From Candidatus Omnitrophota bacterium (GTDB lineage Bacteria; Omnitrophota; Gorgyraeia; Gygaellales; Profunditerraquicolaceae), in NCBI GenBank assembly GCA_041661605.1, contig JBAZUE010000001.1, positions 159,467-223,466 of the forward strand: a stretch of 64,000 nucleotides of DNA, in the 5' to 3' direction. The first letter of the stretch is position 1. Each line of letters opens with the position of its first letter. The notes beneath the pieces are model-generated. The model ran no database searches, had not been told where the DNA came from, and saw only the letters and a program-made list of their open reading frames with translations. A program made the position numbers and the translations under genes. Positions 46,537 to 56,795 of the stretch are shown one piece after another.

Positions 46537-47538
46537 ATGGCAGAATTAAGAAGGGATCCGGTTGTAGGCCGATGGGTGATCGTGGATACGGAACATCCGA
46601 GCAAGCCGGAGGATTTTGAATATGAGCAGTATATTCCCTCGGGCGGATTATGTCCGTTTTGTTACGGCAATGAGTTTATGACTCCTCCTGAAATAAGTTG
46701 TTTTCGCGACCCCTCTACCGGAGCAAACACCCCGGGTTGGCAGGTGCGCGTGGTGGCGAATAAATTTCCCGCTTTGCAGATTGAAGGCGAGCTTGACCGC
46801 CGGGGTTTGGGCATTTACGATATGTCAAACGGCGTAGGCGCGCATGAAGTTTTAGTAGAAAGCCCATACCATAATAAAGATATTCCTGAGCTTCTGCAGG
46901 GGGAGATTGAAAGCTACCTGAAGATGTGTTGTGTCCGGGCGGCGGATTTAAAAAGAGACAGCCGTTTTAAATATATAATGGTATTCCGTAATTATGGGCC
47001 GGCCGCAGGGGCATCTTTAGAGCATCCGCATACGCAGCTGGTTGCTCTTCCCATGGTGCCGAAGAACGCTCTTGAGGAGATACACGGGGCGCGTAATTAT
47101 TATAATTACCGCGAGCGCTGCATATTTTGCGATATAATCCGCCAGGAGGTTTCCGATAAGGCCAGGGTAATTTTAGAGAATAAGTATTTTATTTCTTTCT
47201 GCCCGTTTGTTTCGCGGTTTCCTTTTGAGATCATGATTATGCCTAAACAGCATAGCGGTTATTTCTGCCATATGTCAGGGGATGAAATTTCCGCTTTAGC
47301 GCAGATCATGAAAGATACATTGGGAAAATTAAAAAAAGTATTTGAAAATTTGTCATATAATTATATAATTCATTCTGCACCTATTAATGGTGAGGCTGAC
47401 GTTGAGTATTACCATTGGCATATCGAAATTATGCCTAAGCTGACGCAAGTAGCAGGTTTTGAGTGGGGGACTGGTTTCTACCTTGATCCAACCTCGCCTG
47501 AATTAGCCGCGCAGTATTTAAAAGCCGTAAAAGACTAA
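46537..47538 (+). CDS. GalT-family hexose-1-phosphate nucleotidyltransferase (UDP/ADP-glucose type), catalytic HPH intact
   Basis: ELRRDPVVGRWVIV, CPFCYGNE, LEHPHTQ (47023..47031) and YHWHIEIMPK motifs. Confidence 0.8.
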   Translation: MAELRRDPVVGRWVIVDTEHPSKPEDFEYEQYIPSGGLCPFCYGNEFMTPPEISCFRDPSTGANTPGWQVRVVANKFPALQIEGELDRRGLGIYDMSNGVGAHEVLVESPYHNKDIPELLQGEIESYLKMCCVRAADLKRDSRFKYIMVFRNYGPAAGASLEHPHTQLVALPMVPKNALEEIHGARNYYNYRERCIFCDIIRQEVSDKARVILENKYFISFCPFVSRFPFEIMIMPKQHSGYFCHMSGDEISALAQIMKDTLGKLKKVFENLSYNYIIHSAPINGEADVEYYHWHIEIMPKLTQVAGFEWGTGFYLDPTSPELAAQYLKAVKD

Positions 47539-47551
47539 ACATAATATATAG

Positions 47552-48643
<1,092 letters not shown>

Positions 48644-48680
48644 GGAAAGGCACCCCGCGCTGATTAGCGCTGCGCGGGTG

Positions 48681-48696
48681 TCCTCCTTGTGGAGGA
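48681..48696 (+). promoter_or_regulatory. Hairpin able to sequester the pgk Shine-Dalgarno sequence
   Basis: TCCTCC-ttgt-GGAGGA is a perfect 6-bp stem whose 3' arm is the SD, 7 nt upstream of the ATG at 48704. Confidence 0.4.
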
Positions 48697-48703
48697 ATTA
48701 TTA

Positions 48704-49885
48704 ATGGCGAAGTTGACTTTAAAAGATGTTGATTTAAAGAATAAGACGGTGCTGGTGCGCGCGGATTTTAATGTGCCGCAGGATGCCAGCTTGAATATTA
48801 CTGATGACACGCGAATCCGGGCGACTATACCTACTTTAAAATATATTTTAGAGCATGGCGCAAAAAAAATGGTATTAATGAGCCATTTAGGCAGGCCGGA
48901 TGGCAAGGTGGTTGCTAAATACAGCCTTAAGCCTGTAGCTGCGCGCTTAAAAGAGTTATTAGGGCAGGAGGTATTATTTCTTAATGACTGCGTAGGCGAC
49001 TCCATTAAGCCGGATATCGATAAATCAAAAGAAAAGGTTGTCTTGCTTGAGAATTTACGATATCACGCCGAAGAAGAAGGCAATGACGCTGATTTTTCCA
49101 AGAAGCTGGCGTCTTTAGCGGATATATTTGTTAACGATGCTTTTGGCACAGCGCACCGGGCTCACGCCTCAACTGAAGGGGTAACGCATTTTTTAAAATC
49201 ATGTGCAGGGCTGCTTTTGGAAAAGGAGATTAAATATTTGGGCGAGGCGGTTAAAGATCCGCAAAAACCGTTTATGATTATCCTGGGCGGGGCAAAGGTT
49301 TCGGATAAAATCGGCCTTATTGAGAAACTCCTGCCTAAGTGCGACGCTATTATCGTAGGCGGCGGAATGGCTTATACTTTCTTGAAGGCGCAGGGAAAAC
49401 AGATTGGAAATTCAAAGTTGGAAAAAGAAAAGCTGGAGACAGCCAAGTCAATTTTAGATAAAGCCAAACAGTTAAATAAAGAAATACTGTTACCTGTTGA
49501 TAACATAATAGTTGATAATATTGACGCTAACGCTAAAACTGAAATCGCAGGCGAAAATATACCTGACGGCAAGATTGCCGTGGATATCGGTCCCAAGACA
49601 ATCAAATTATTCGAAGATAAGTTAAGATCCGCTAAAACCATTGTCTGGAACGGGCCGATGGGCATATTTGAAATGGATGCTTTCAGCAAAGGCACGCGGG
49701 AGTTAGCCGGTTTTATCGGCAGCCTGAAATGTATTTCAATTATCGGCGGCGGGGATACGGCGGCGGCTATCGCCAAATTCAAATTAGAAGATAAGATGTC
49801 GCATATTTCAACCGGAGGAGGGGCAAGCCTGGAGTTTTTAGAGGGTAAAAATTTACCGGGTATTGCCGCGCTTACTGAAAAATAA
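48704..49885 (+). CDS. pgk: Phosphoglycerate kinase
   Basis: VLVRADFNVP and SHLGRP motifs plus the GGGDT region. The ATG at 48704 with GGAGGA at 48691-96 is preferred over the track's GTG at 48689. Confidence 0.95.
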   Translation: MAKLTLKDVDLKNKTVLVRADFNVPQDASLNITDDTRIRATIPTLKYILEHGAKKMVLMSHLGRPDGKVVAKYSLKPVAARLKELLGQEVLFLNDCVGDSIKPDIDKSKEKVVLLENLRYHAEEEGNDADFSKKLASLADIFVNDAFGTAHRAHASTEGVTHFLKSCAGLLLEKEIKYLGEAVKDPQKPFMIILGGAKVSDKIGLIEKLLPKCDAIIVGGGMAYTFLKAQGKQIGNSKLEKEKLETAKSILDKAKQLNKEILLPVDNIIVDNIDANAKTEIAGENIPDGKIAVDIGPKTIKLFEDKLRSAKTIVWNGPMGIFEMDAFSKGTRELAGFIGSLKCISIIGGGDTAAAIAKFKLEDKMSHISTGGGASLEFLEGKNLPGIAALTEK

Positions 49886-49886
49886 G

Positions 49887-50660
49887 ATGAGAAAAACGAT
49901 TATTGCCGGAAACTGGAAGATGTATAAGACGATCGTAGAGGCTATTGAGCTTGCCAATGGCTTAAAACGTGAATTTTTTAAGCTGGATTTGGAGGCGGTG
50001 GATGTAGTATTGTGTCCGGCGTTTACCGCTTTAAGCGAAGTAGCTGAGGTTTTGGCTGAAACAGGCATCGGCTTAGGCGGCCAGGATCTTTATTGGCAGG
50101 AGGAAGGGGCTTTTACCGGAGAGGTTTCTCCGCTGATGTTAAAAGACGCCGGATGTCAATATGTGATTATCGGCCACTCTGAGCGCAGGCAGTTTTTTGG
50201 TGAGACTAATGAGACTGTGAATAAGAAAATCAAGGCAGCGATTAAAGCCGGGCTTACTCCTATTGTTTGTGTGGGGGAGAATTTGCAGGAAAGAGAAGCT
50301 AATAAAACATTTAAAGTTATAGAAGACCATATCAATAACGGGTTAATAGATATAAGCGGCTCGGACATATTGAAATTAGTCATTGCTTATGAGCCGGTTT
50401 GGGCAATCGGAACGGGCAAGACCGCAACTGGCGAGCAGGCGCAGGAGGTACATAAATTTATCCGTGATTTATTAAAGAAAAATTATGGACAGGAGGCATC
50501 CGACAGCATAAGGATCCAATATGGCGGAAGCGTTAAGCCTGATAATATTACGGAGTTAATGAACAAGCCGGATGTAGACGGCGCCCTGGTGGGAGGGGCA
50601 AGCCTTAAGGCGGATTCTTTTAGCGTGATTGTCACTAAAGCTAGCGAGGTTATAAAATGA
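49887..50660 (+). CDS. tpiA: Triose-phosphate isomerase
   Basis: IIAGNWKMY, IIGHSERR, AYEPVWAIGTG and YGGS motifs. ATG at 49887, 1 nt after the pgk stop. Confidence 0.95.
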   Translation: MRKTIIAGNWKMYKTIVEAIELANGLKREFFKLDLEAVDVVLCPAFTALSEVAEVLAETGIGLGGQDLYWQEEGAFTGEVSPLMLKDAGCQYVIIGHSERRQFFGETNETVNKKIKAAIKAGLTPIVCVGENLQEREANKTFKVIEDHINNGLIDISGSDILKLVIAYEPVWAIGTGKTATGEQAQEVHKFIRDLLKKNYGQEASDSIRIQYGGSVKPDNITELMNKPDVDGALVGGASLKADSFSVIVTKASEVIK

Positions 50661-51025
50661 TGACGTTCGTAATTGTAATTCATGTGATTGCCTGTATAGT
50701 TTTGATTATCCTGGTTTTAATCCAGCGTGGAAGAGGGGCCGGGTTAGTGGAGAGTTTTGCCGGTGTGGAATCGATGTTCGGGACAAAGACCAGCGCTTTT
50801 CTTACGCGCACGACTACGATCATGTCCATAGTTTTTTTTATGACCTGCTTGAGCCTGGCGGTATTATCCGTTAAACAAAGCAAGTCATTGATGCGCGATG
50901 TTAAGGCTCCCGCTCCGGTGAAGGTTGAGGCTGTGAAGACAGTAGCGGCTCCGGTTAAAGCAGAGGCTCCTAAAACAGAAGCAGTAAAAGAAAAAGTTCA
51001 GCCGGAGGCAGGAAAAGCTGAGTAA
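50657..51025 (+). CDS. secG: Preprotein translocase subunit SecG with a low-complexity C-terminal extension
   Basis: Two TM helices with LIQRGRGAGL...FG..TSAFLTR between them. Follows tpiA, the conserved order. Tail rich in AP(V)K(V/A)EA. Confidence 0.85.
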   Translation: MMTFVIVIHVIACIVLIILVLIQRGRGAGLVESFAGVESMFGTKTSAFLTRTTTIMSIVFFMTCLSLAVLSVKQSKSLMRDVKAPAPVKVEAVKTVAAPVKAEAPKTEAVKEKVQPEAGKAE

Positions 51026-51051
51026 AATATTTAATTTTTAGAGTTTTCTAA

Positions 51052-51080
51052 GGCTACCAGATTAACTGGTAGCCTTTGTT
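51052..51080 (+). terminator. Rho-independent terminator after secG
   Basis: GGCTACCAG-attaa-CTGGTAGCC followed by TTTGTT. Confidence 0.75.
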
Positions 51081-51083
51081 ATA

Positions 51084-51199
51084 AAGACGTTTTATATAAC
51101 TAATTCATTCTGTTTAACTTACAAAACAATTCTTTTGATTTAGCAAAAAGTAATTGTTTTGTAACCTCAAGGCATATAAAGAGATACATAAAGCGTCTT
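51084..51199. repeat. 116-bp nested-palindrome element (12-bp terminal inverted repeats plus an inner GTTACAAAACAATT/AATTGTTTTGTAAC inverted repeat)
   Basis: Left end aagacgttttat and right end ataaagcgtctt (1 mismatch). Inner boxes at 51119..51136 and 51145..51165. Lies between the secG terminator and the MFS gene. Confidence 0.75.
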
Positions 51200-51207
51200 G
51201 TTAATCT

Positions 51208-52353
51208 ATGAAAGATAAGAAGTTATTTTGGATATTTGCGCTGAGCAGCGCGGTTTATTTTACGCAAGGCATAGAAGGCCTGCCTGGCCAGGGGCTGTTT
51301 TATTACCTTAAAGAAACCCTGCATTTCTCGCCGGAAAAGATAATGATCCTTGGCAGCCTGACTACTTTTGCCTGGATGGTGAAGCCGTTCATCGGTTATG
51401 TCATAGACCATTCTTTCAGTAAGAAATGCTGGATATTTATTTCTCTGGGCCTGGATATAATTTTTGTTTTATTCCTGGGTTTGATGCAGATGCCGATTAT
51501 TTTCCTGGTGATTTTGCTTGCGGTTACTTCCGCCAACGCCGCTTTCCGCGATGTAGCGGTTGACGGCATAATGTGCGTGGAAGGCAAGAAATACCAGGCT
51601 ACCGGGAAAATCCAGAGCATCCAATGGGTTTCAATTTTAGTGGCAGGCCTGTTTACCGGTATAGGCGGGGCTTTTATCGCCGAGAAATGGGATTATAAGA
51701 CTGCTTTTTTATGTCTCGTTCCTATTTATTTGCTCGTAGGACTGCCGGCTTATTTTTACAGGGAGGAGCCGGGAGAGAAAAAATATGGATCTTTATTAGC
51801 TGATTTAAAAAGGCTTTTTAGCGATAAAAAGATATTGATTATCGGGTTATTTATTTTTCTGTACAAGTATTCACCTTCTTTTGGGACGCCTTTATTTTTT
51901 ATGCAGCGGGATACGTTTAAGTGGGGCAAGATGTGGATTGGTACGTTAGGGACTATCAGCACGGTCTGCGGGGTTGTCGGTTCGCTGCTCTATTATAAAT
52001 TCAGCCAGAGGATAAATATCAAGAAATGGCTTTATTTTTCTGTATTCCTGGGAGCCTTAACTACTTTAAGTTACTTGTATTATACCCCTGTAACTGCTGT
52101 TATTTATGATACAATCTATAGTTTTCTGGGAATGTTTATCTTCTTGATGGTCATGGATTTTATGGCCCGGCATTCAATTAAGGGGCTAGAGGCAACTTCA
52201 TTTGCCCTGCTGTGCAGTTTAAATAATTTGTCCGGGGTAGCCAGTAATTTGTCCGGTGCGTTCCTACTGCCGCTTGTCGGTTTAAAATGGTTGATTGTTT
52301 TATCCGCGTTGACCAGCTTCCTTTGTTTGCCGTTGATCCAAAAAATAGAGTAA
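51208..52353 (+). CDS. MFS transporter, folate-biopterin (BT1)-like
   Basis: About 12 TM segments. N-terminal YFTQGIEGLPGQGLFYYLKE...WMVKPFIGYVID resembles the BT1 family. Confidence 0.6.
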   Translation: MKDKKLFWIFALSSAVYFTQGIEGLPGQGLFYYLKETLHFSPEKIMILGSLTTFAWMVKPFIGYVIDHSFSKKCWIFISLGLDIIFVLFLGLMQMPIIFLVILLAVTSANAAFRDVAVDGIMCVEGKKYQATGKIQSIQWVSILVAGLFTGIGGAFIAEKWDYKTAFLCLVPIYLLVGLPAYFYREEPGEKKYGSLLADLKRLFSDKKILIIGLFIFLYKYSPSFGTPLFFMQRDTFKWGKMWIGTLGTISTVCGVVGSLLYYKFSQRINIKKWLYFSVFLGALTTLSYLYYTPVTAVIYDTIYSFLGMFIFLMVMDFMARHSIKGLEATSFALLCSLNNLSGVASNLSGAFLLPLVGLKWLIVLSALTSFLCLPLIQKIE

Positions 52354-52400
52354 TAATTATTTATATTGCGTTTTAGGGGGAGATTTTATATAATATAATC

Positions 52401-53000
52401 ATGATGGAAGCGCTTAGGCCATATATACTTAGCTTTATTCCGCTGTTTGTGGCGGTAGACGCCATCGGGAATATCCCGATCTTTTTTTCTCTGGTTGAGG
52501 GGTCCTCAAAAACCCAGAAGAATAAGATAATTTTTGACGCGGTTATCACCGCAATGGTTATCGCGGTTATTTTTATGTTTTTAGGCACCTGGGTTTTTTC
52601 GCTCTTAGGCATAACCATACCTGATTTTCAGATTGCCGGAGGAGCGTTATTGTTTGTTATCGCTGTTCGTCTTTTATTGCCCGGGGTGCAGAAGAGCGTA
52701 TTGACCAGTTCTCATGATAAAGATATGGGGGTATTTCCGCTGGGCACGCCATTAATAACCGGGCCGGCGGTTTTGACTACCACGCTGATGATGATGAACA
52801 GCTTTGGCGCCGCGGTCACATTAGTTTCATTAATTTTGAATATGTTTTTTGTCTGGATTACTTTGGTCAAGACTGATACAATTATGAAGGTATTCGGCCC
52901 CAGCGGCACAAGGGCTTTTTCCAAGATAATGTATATATTGCTGGCGGCTATCGCGGTGATGATGATCAGGCATGGCATAATCGGAGCGTTTTTAAAATGA
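52401..53000 (+). CDS. MarC-family (UPF0056) integral membrane protein
   Basis: 199 aa, 6 TM segments. FIPLFVAVDAIGNIPIF and FPLGTPLITGPAVLTT motifs. Confidence 0.75.
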   Translation: MMEALRPYILSFIPLFVAVDAIGNIPIFFSLVEGSSKTQKNKIIFDAVITAMVIAVIFMFLGTWVFSLLGITIPDFQIAGGALLFVIAVRLLLPGVQKSVLTSSHDKDMGVFPLGTPLITGPAVLTTTLMMMNSFGAAVTLVSLILNMFFVWITLVKTDTIMKVFGPSGTRAFSKIMYILLAAIAVMMIRHGIIGAFLK

Positions 53001-54220
53001 TGCGCAAAGTTTTAACATTTATTATGGCTGGTGGAAAAGGAGAGCGGTTGCTTCCTTTGACCAAAGACCGCACTAAACCCGCAGTGCCTTTTGGCGGGAT
53101 ATACCGGATTATCGATTTTACTTTAAGCAATTGCATTAATTCGGGGATGCGCAAGATTTATATCCTTACACAGTATAAATCCGCATCTTTGCAGAGGCAT
53201 ATCCGCCTGGGCTGGAATTTTCTGCCTTCGGAGTTGGGGCAATTTATAGAGTTGCTTCCCGCCCAGCAGCGCATAGGTGATTCCTGGTATATGGGGACGG
53301 CTGATGCGATTTATCAGAACCTTTATACGCTGGAAATGGACCGTCCGGATGAAGTTTTGATTTTGGCTGGAGACCATATCTATAAAATGGATTATTATTC
53401 CATGATTGATGTGCATCGCGAACAAGACGCTGAGCTGACAGTTGGGGTGGTGGAGATAGAAAAGAGTAAAGCCAAACATCTTGGGGTGGTTGAGGTGGAT
53501 CCGTCAGGCAAGGTCACGGGTTTTTACGAGAAACCGTCTAATCCTAAAACTATTCCCGGAAAACCGGACCAGATTTATGGCTCAATGGGTATCTATGTGT
53601 TTAAGCAATCTGTCCTGATGCAGGAGCTGCTTGAGGATGCTAAAAATAATAAATCTTCGCATGATTTTGGCAAAGATATTATCCCGCAGATGTTAAAGAG
53701 AGGGATGAAGATTGTCGCCTATAATTTCCGCGATAAAGATAAAAATGAAGGATATTGGAGAGATATAGGTACGATCGATGCTTATTATGAAGCGAATATG
53801 GAGTTGATCCAGGTTAACCCTACCTTTAATCTTTATGATCAGGAGTGGCCGATAAGGACATTCCAGGAGCAGTATCCTCCGGTCAAGACTGTGCATTCAG
53901 GAGATCGTGAAGAAGGAAGGGTCGGGCTGGTGCTTGATTCTGTGGTTTCTGAAGGCTGCGTGGTTTCCGGGGGCCGTGTGCAGCGTTCAATACTATCTCC
54001 TAATGTAAGGATAAATAGTTTTTCCGAAGTATATGATTCAATACTTATGGAAGGCGTTAATGTCGGCAGGTACGCTAAGATTAAGCGGGCGATTATCGAT
54101 AAAGATGTTAATATCCCCCAGGGGATGATTATTGGTTTTAATCTGGAAGAAGACAAAAAAAGATTTTTTGTCAGCGCATCGGGAATTGTGGTGGTAGCCA
54201 AGGGCACGGAGATTAAATAG
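52997..54220 (+). CDS. glgC: Glucose-1-phosphate adenylyltransferase
   Basis: IMAGGKGERLLPLTKDRTKPAVPFGGIYRIIDFTLSNCINSG, WYMGTADAI and the C-terminal left-handed beta-helix repeats. Confidence 0.9.
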   Translation: MMRKVLTFIMAGGKGERLLPLTKDRTKPAVPFGGIYRIIDFTLSNCINSGMRKIYILTQYKSASLQRHIRLGWNFLPSELGQFIELLPAQQRIGDSWYMGTADAIYQNLYTLEMDRPDEVLILAGDHIYKMDYYSMIDVHREQDAELTVGVVEIEKSKAKHLGVVEVDPSGKVTGFYEKPSNPKTIPGKPDQIYGSMGIYVFKQSVLMQELLEDAKNNKSSHDFGKDIIPQMLKRGMKIVAYNFRDKDKNEGYWRDIGTIDAYYEANMELIQVNPTFNLYDQEWPIRTFQEQYPPVKTVHSGDREEGRVGLVLDSVVSEGCVVSGGRVQRSILSPNVRINSFSEVYDSILMEGVNVGRYAKIKRAIIDKDVNIPQGMIIGFNLEEDKKRFFVSASGIVVVAKGTEIK

Positions 54221-54222
54221 GG

Positions 54223-54672
54223 ATGATTAGAAAGGCGAAAATAAGTGATATAAAGCAAATTCAGGAGTTGATTGCCTGTTTTGCCAAGCGGGATGAGATG
54301 CTGCCCCGTTCGCTGAATGAACTTTATGAGAATATAAGGGATTTCTGGGTATATGAAGATAAAGGCAGGGTAGCTGGATGCGCGGCGCTGCATATCTCCT
54401 GGGATGGCTTAGCGGAAATTAAATCTTTGGCAGTGGCTAAAAATAAACAGGGCAAAGGTATCGGGCAGGACCTGGTGGTAGCCTGCATGGCGGAAGCCAG
54501 GGTTATGGGGGCAAAGAAGGTTTTTGTGTTAACATATAAACCGGAATTTTTTAAAAAGTTAGGTTTTAAAAGAATCAAGCATGATGCCCTTCCGCATAAA
54601 ATCTGGGCGGAATGTATTAACTGCTGTAAATTCCCCAATTGCCAGGAAATTGCCCTGTTAAAAATCTTGTAA
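54223..54672 (+). CDS. GNAT-family N-acetyltransferase (short ArgA-like type)
   Basis: Acetyl-CoA motif LAVAKNKQGKGIGQDLV. C-terminal KIWAECINCCKFPNC tail. Confidence 0.75.
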   Translation: MIRKAKISDIKQIQELIACFAKRDEMLPRSLNELYENIRDFWVYEDKGRVAGCAALHISWDGLAEIKSLAVAKNKQGKGIGQDLVVACMAEARVMGAKKVFVLTYKPEFFKKLGFKRIKHDALPHKIWAECINCCKFPNCQEIALLKIL

Positions 54673-54694
54673 AATCTAAATAATATGGTACAAT
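54667..54694 (+). promoter_or_regulatory. Extended -10 promoter upstream of leader copy A
   Basis: TTGTAA (54667-72), 16 nt ending in TGg, TACAAT (54689-94). Confidence 0.4.
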
Positions 54695-54730
54695 CTTAAA
54701 ACTTGTTATTAATTGGTCATTGGTGGTTTG

Positions 54731-54785
54731 ACACCCGGCCCGAAAGGAAGTGGCCGGTGTGCCCTTTGCGGGCAAGGAGGAAGAG
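54731..54785 (+). promoter_or_regulatory. Structured 5' leader, copy A (two hairpins plus strong SD) upstream of the acyl-CoA dehydrogenase/etf genes
   Basis: ACACCCGGCC-cgaaaggaagt-GGCCGGTGT, then GCCC-tttgc-GGGC, then AAGGAGGAAGAG and ATG. Near-identical to 63137..63190. Confidence 0.6.
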
Positions 54786-55940
54786 ATGGATTATTTGTTG
54801 ACTGATGAACAGAAGATGATCAAGGAGTTGGCGCATAAGATTGCCGAAGATAAGATTCGTCCGGCTGCGGCTAAATATGATATCAGTGAAGAGTATCCCT
54901 GGGATGTTTTAAAGGTTATGGCTGAATCTGATATGTTTGGATTATTCATCCCTGAAGAGTACGGCGGGTTTGCCACCAGTGTTTTTAATTTATGCCTTGC
55001 TACTGAAGAGTTTTCCCGGGCCTGCGGAGGTATCGCTGTTTGCTATGCTGCCAGCGCCTTAGGGACATTTCCGATTGTTTTATTCGGTGATGATGAGCAG
55101 AAGAAGAAATACCTGCCGGATTTGGCGAAAGGCAAGAAGGTAGCGGCATTTGCGATTACTGAACCGGAGGCAGGCTCAGATGCTTCAGGGATAAAGACTA
55201 CCGCGAAAAAAGAAGGCGATTATTATATTTTAAACGGTCTGAAGCATTTTATTACCAATGGCGGTGACGCCGAGACTTATGTTGTGATTGCCATGACTAA
55301 TAAGTCAAAAGGCGCCCGTGGGGCTTCAGCTTTTATTGTAGAAAAGGGGACGCCGGGTTTTACTTTCGGTAAGAAAGAGGATAAATTCGGCATCCGTGCA
55401 TCGAGTACGCGTGAGTTAATCTTTACGGATTGCAAGATTCCCGCAAGAAACCTTCTTTCTAAAGAGGGTATGGGTTTTATCGTGACGATGAAGACTTTTG
55501 ATATGTCTCGACCGGGAGTAGCTGCGCAGGCTTTAGGTATTGCTCAGGGCGCGTTAGAGTTAGCGGTAAAATACGTGCGCGAGAGGGTACAGTTTGGAAA
55601 ACCTATTTCAAGTTTCCAGGGAATTCAGTGGATGTTAGCGGATATGGCAACGGAGGTTGAGGCAGCGCGCGGCCTGGTATATTCGACTGCCAGGATGGTT
55701 GATGCCGGAATCAAGGACGTGGCAAAAGAATCCGCGATGGCCAAGATGTATGCTTCGGATGTAGCGATGAAGGTTACGGTTGATGCTTTGCAGTTATTCG
55801 GCGGGTATGGTTATATGAAGGATTATCCAATTGAGAAATATGTGCGCGATGCCAAGATTACCCAGATTTACGAGGGGACAAATCAGGTGCAGCGTAATAT
55901 TATCGCTTTGGCATTGATCAAAGAAATGGCTAAAATTTAG
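54786..55940 (+). CDS. Acyl-CoA dehydrogenase (butyryl-CoA dehydrogenase-like)
   Basis: Start moved to the ATG at 54786 behind [23 protein letters not shown] motif, QLFGGYGY motif and catalytic YEGT near the C-terminus. Confidence 0.9.
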   Translation: MDYLLTDEQKMIKELAHKIAEDKIRPAAAKYDISEEYPWDVLKVMAESDMFGLFIPEEYGGFATSVFNLCLATEEFSRACGGIAVCYAASALGTFPIVLFGDDEQKKKYLPDLAKGKKVAAFAITEPEAGSDASGIKTTAKKEGDYYILNGLKHFITNGGDAETYVVIAMTNKSKGARGASAFIVEKGTPGFTFGKKEDKFGIRASSTRELIFTDCKIPARNLLSKEGMGFIVTMKTFDMSRPGVAAQALGIAQGALELAVKYVRERVQFGKPISSFQGIQWMLADMATEVEAARGLVYSTARMVDAGIKDVAKESAMAKMYASDVAMKVTVDALQLFGGYGYMKDYPIEKYVRDAKITQIYEGTNQVQRNIIALALIKEMAKI

Positions 55941-56011
55941 GTAATTATAGTTAATAATAAGTAAAAGTAAGTAAGTTTGAGTAAGTAAGGTAATCAGATA
56001 GGAATTAAAAT

Positions 56012-56794
56012 ATGAATATAGTAGTTTGTATAAAACAGGTCCCTGAGACAACTGAAGTAAGGATTAATCCTGAGACAAATACGCTTATGCGCGAAGGGGT
56101 AAAGTCAATTATTAACCCCTTTGATATGTACGCGATTGAAGAAGCGGTGCGGCTTAAGGAAAGATTCGGGGGTAAGGTTTCTGTGTTGACAATGGGGCCG
56201 CCGCAAGCGGATGGGGCTTTACGCGAAGCAATATCTATGGGGGCAGATGAAGGATTCTTGGTCTGCGACCGCGCTTTTGCCGGAAGCGATACCTGGGCAA
56301 CCAGCTATACTTTGGCGGGAGCAATTAAGAAATTGGGCGCGTTTGATCTGATTATTTGCGGCAAACAGGCTTCAGACGGGGATACGGCGCAGGTTGGGCC
56401 GGGCATATCCACGCATTTAAATATTCCGCAGGTAACTTATGTAAAAAAAATAGAAGAGGCAACTGATAAATTGATGAAGGTTGAGAGGATGCTGGAGGAA
56501 GGATTTGAAATCATCGAGACTCCGCTGCCGGCGCTTTTAACCGTAGTTAAAGAGATCAATGAGCCGAGGATACCTTCGTTAAGAGGATTGATGAAGGCAA
56601 AGTCGGCTAAGATTACTACTTTTACCCAGAAAGAATTACAGTTGGATCCGCAGCAGATTGGCCTGTGCGGCTCACCTACTCAGGTTGTAAAGATATTTAC
56701 TCCTACTCCCAGGGTTGGCGGACAGATGCTTACGGGCGAGATTCCCGATATAGCCAGGCAACTGGTAGATTTAGTTAAAGGCGAGGTTAATTAA
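56012..56794 (+). CDS. etfB: Electron transfer flavoprotein beta subunit
   Basis: MNIVVCIKQVPET..., LTMGPPQA and ICGKQASDGDTAQVGP motifs. Confidence 0.9.
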   Translation: MNIVVCIKQVPETTEVRINPETNTLMREGVKSIINPFDMYAIEEAVRLKERFGGKVSVLTMGPPQADGALREAISMGADEGFLVCDRAFAGSDTWATSYTLAGAIKKLGAFDLIICGKQASDGDTAQVGPGISTHLNIPQVTYVKKIEEATDKLMKVERMLEEGFEIIETPLPALLTVVKEINEPRIPSLRGLMKAKSAKITTFTQKELQLDPQQIGLCGSPTQVVKIFTPTPRVGGQMLTGEIPDIARQLVDLVKGEVN

Positions 56795-56795
56795 G

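Noticed and set aside
50900-51025. The repetitive AP(V)K(V/A)EA tail of SecG as a separate gene or tandem DNA repeat
   Set aside because: It is continuous in frame with secG. At the nucleotide level it is only loosely repetitive low-complexity coding sequence, so it is treated as a C-terminal extension.
54750-54785. Upstream start codons proposed by the ORF track (54750, 58365, 36123, 13461, 14468, 48689, 49863, 39730)
   Set aside because: In each case a downstream in-frame ATG sits at the conserved family N-terminus with a better-placed SD. The track start either overlaps the preceding gene substantially or lies inside a repeat or leader element, so the N-terminal extensions are probably not translated.
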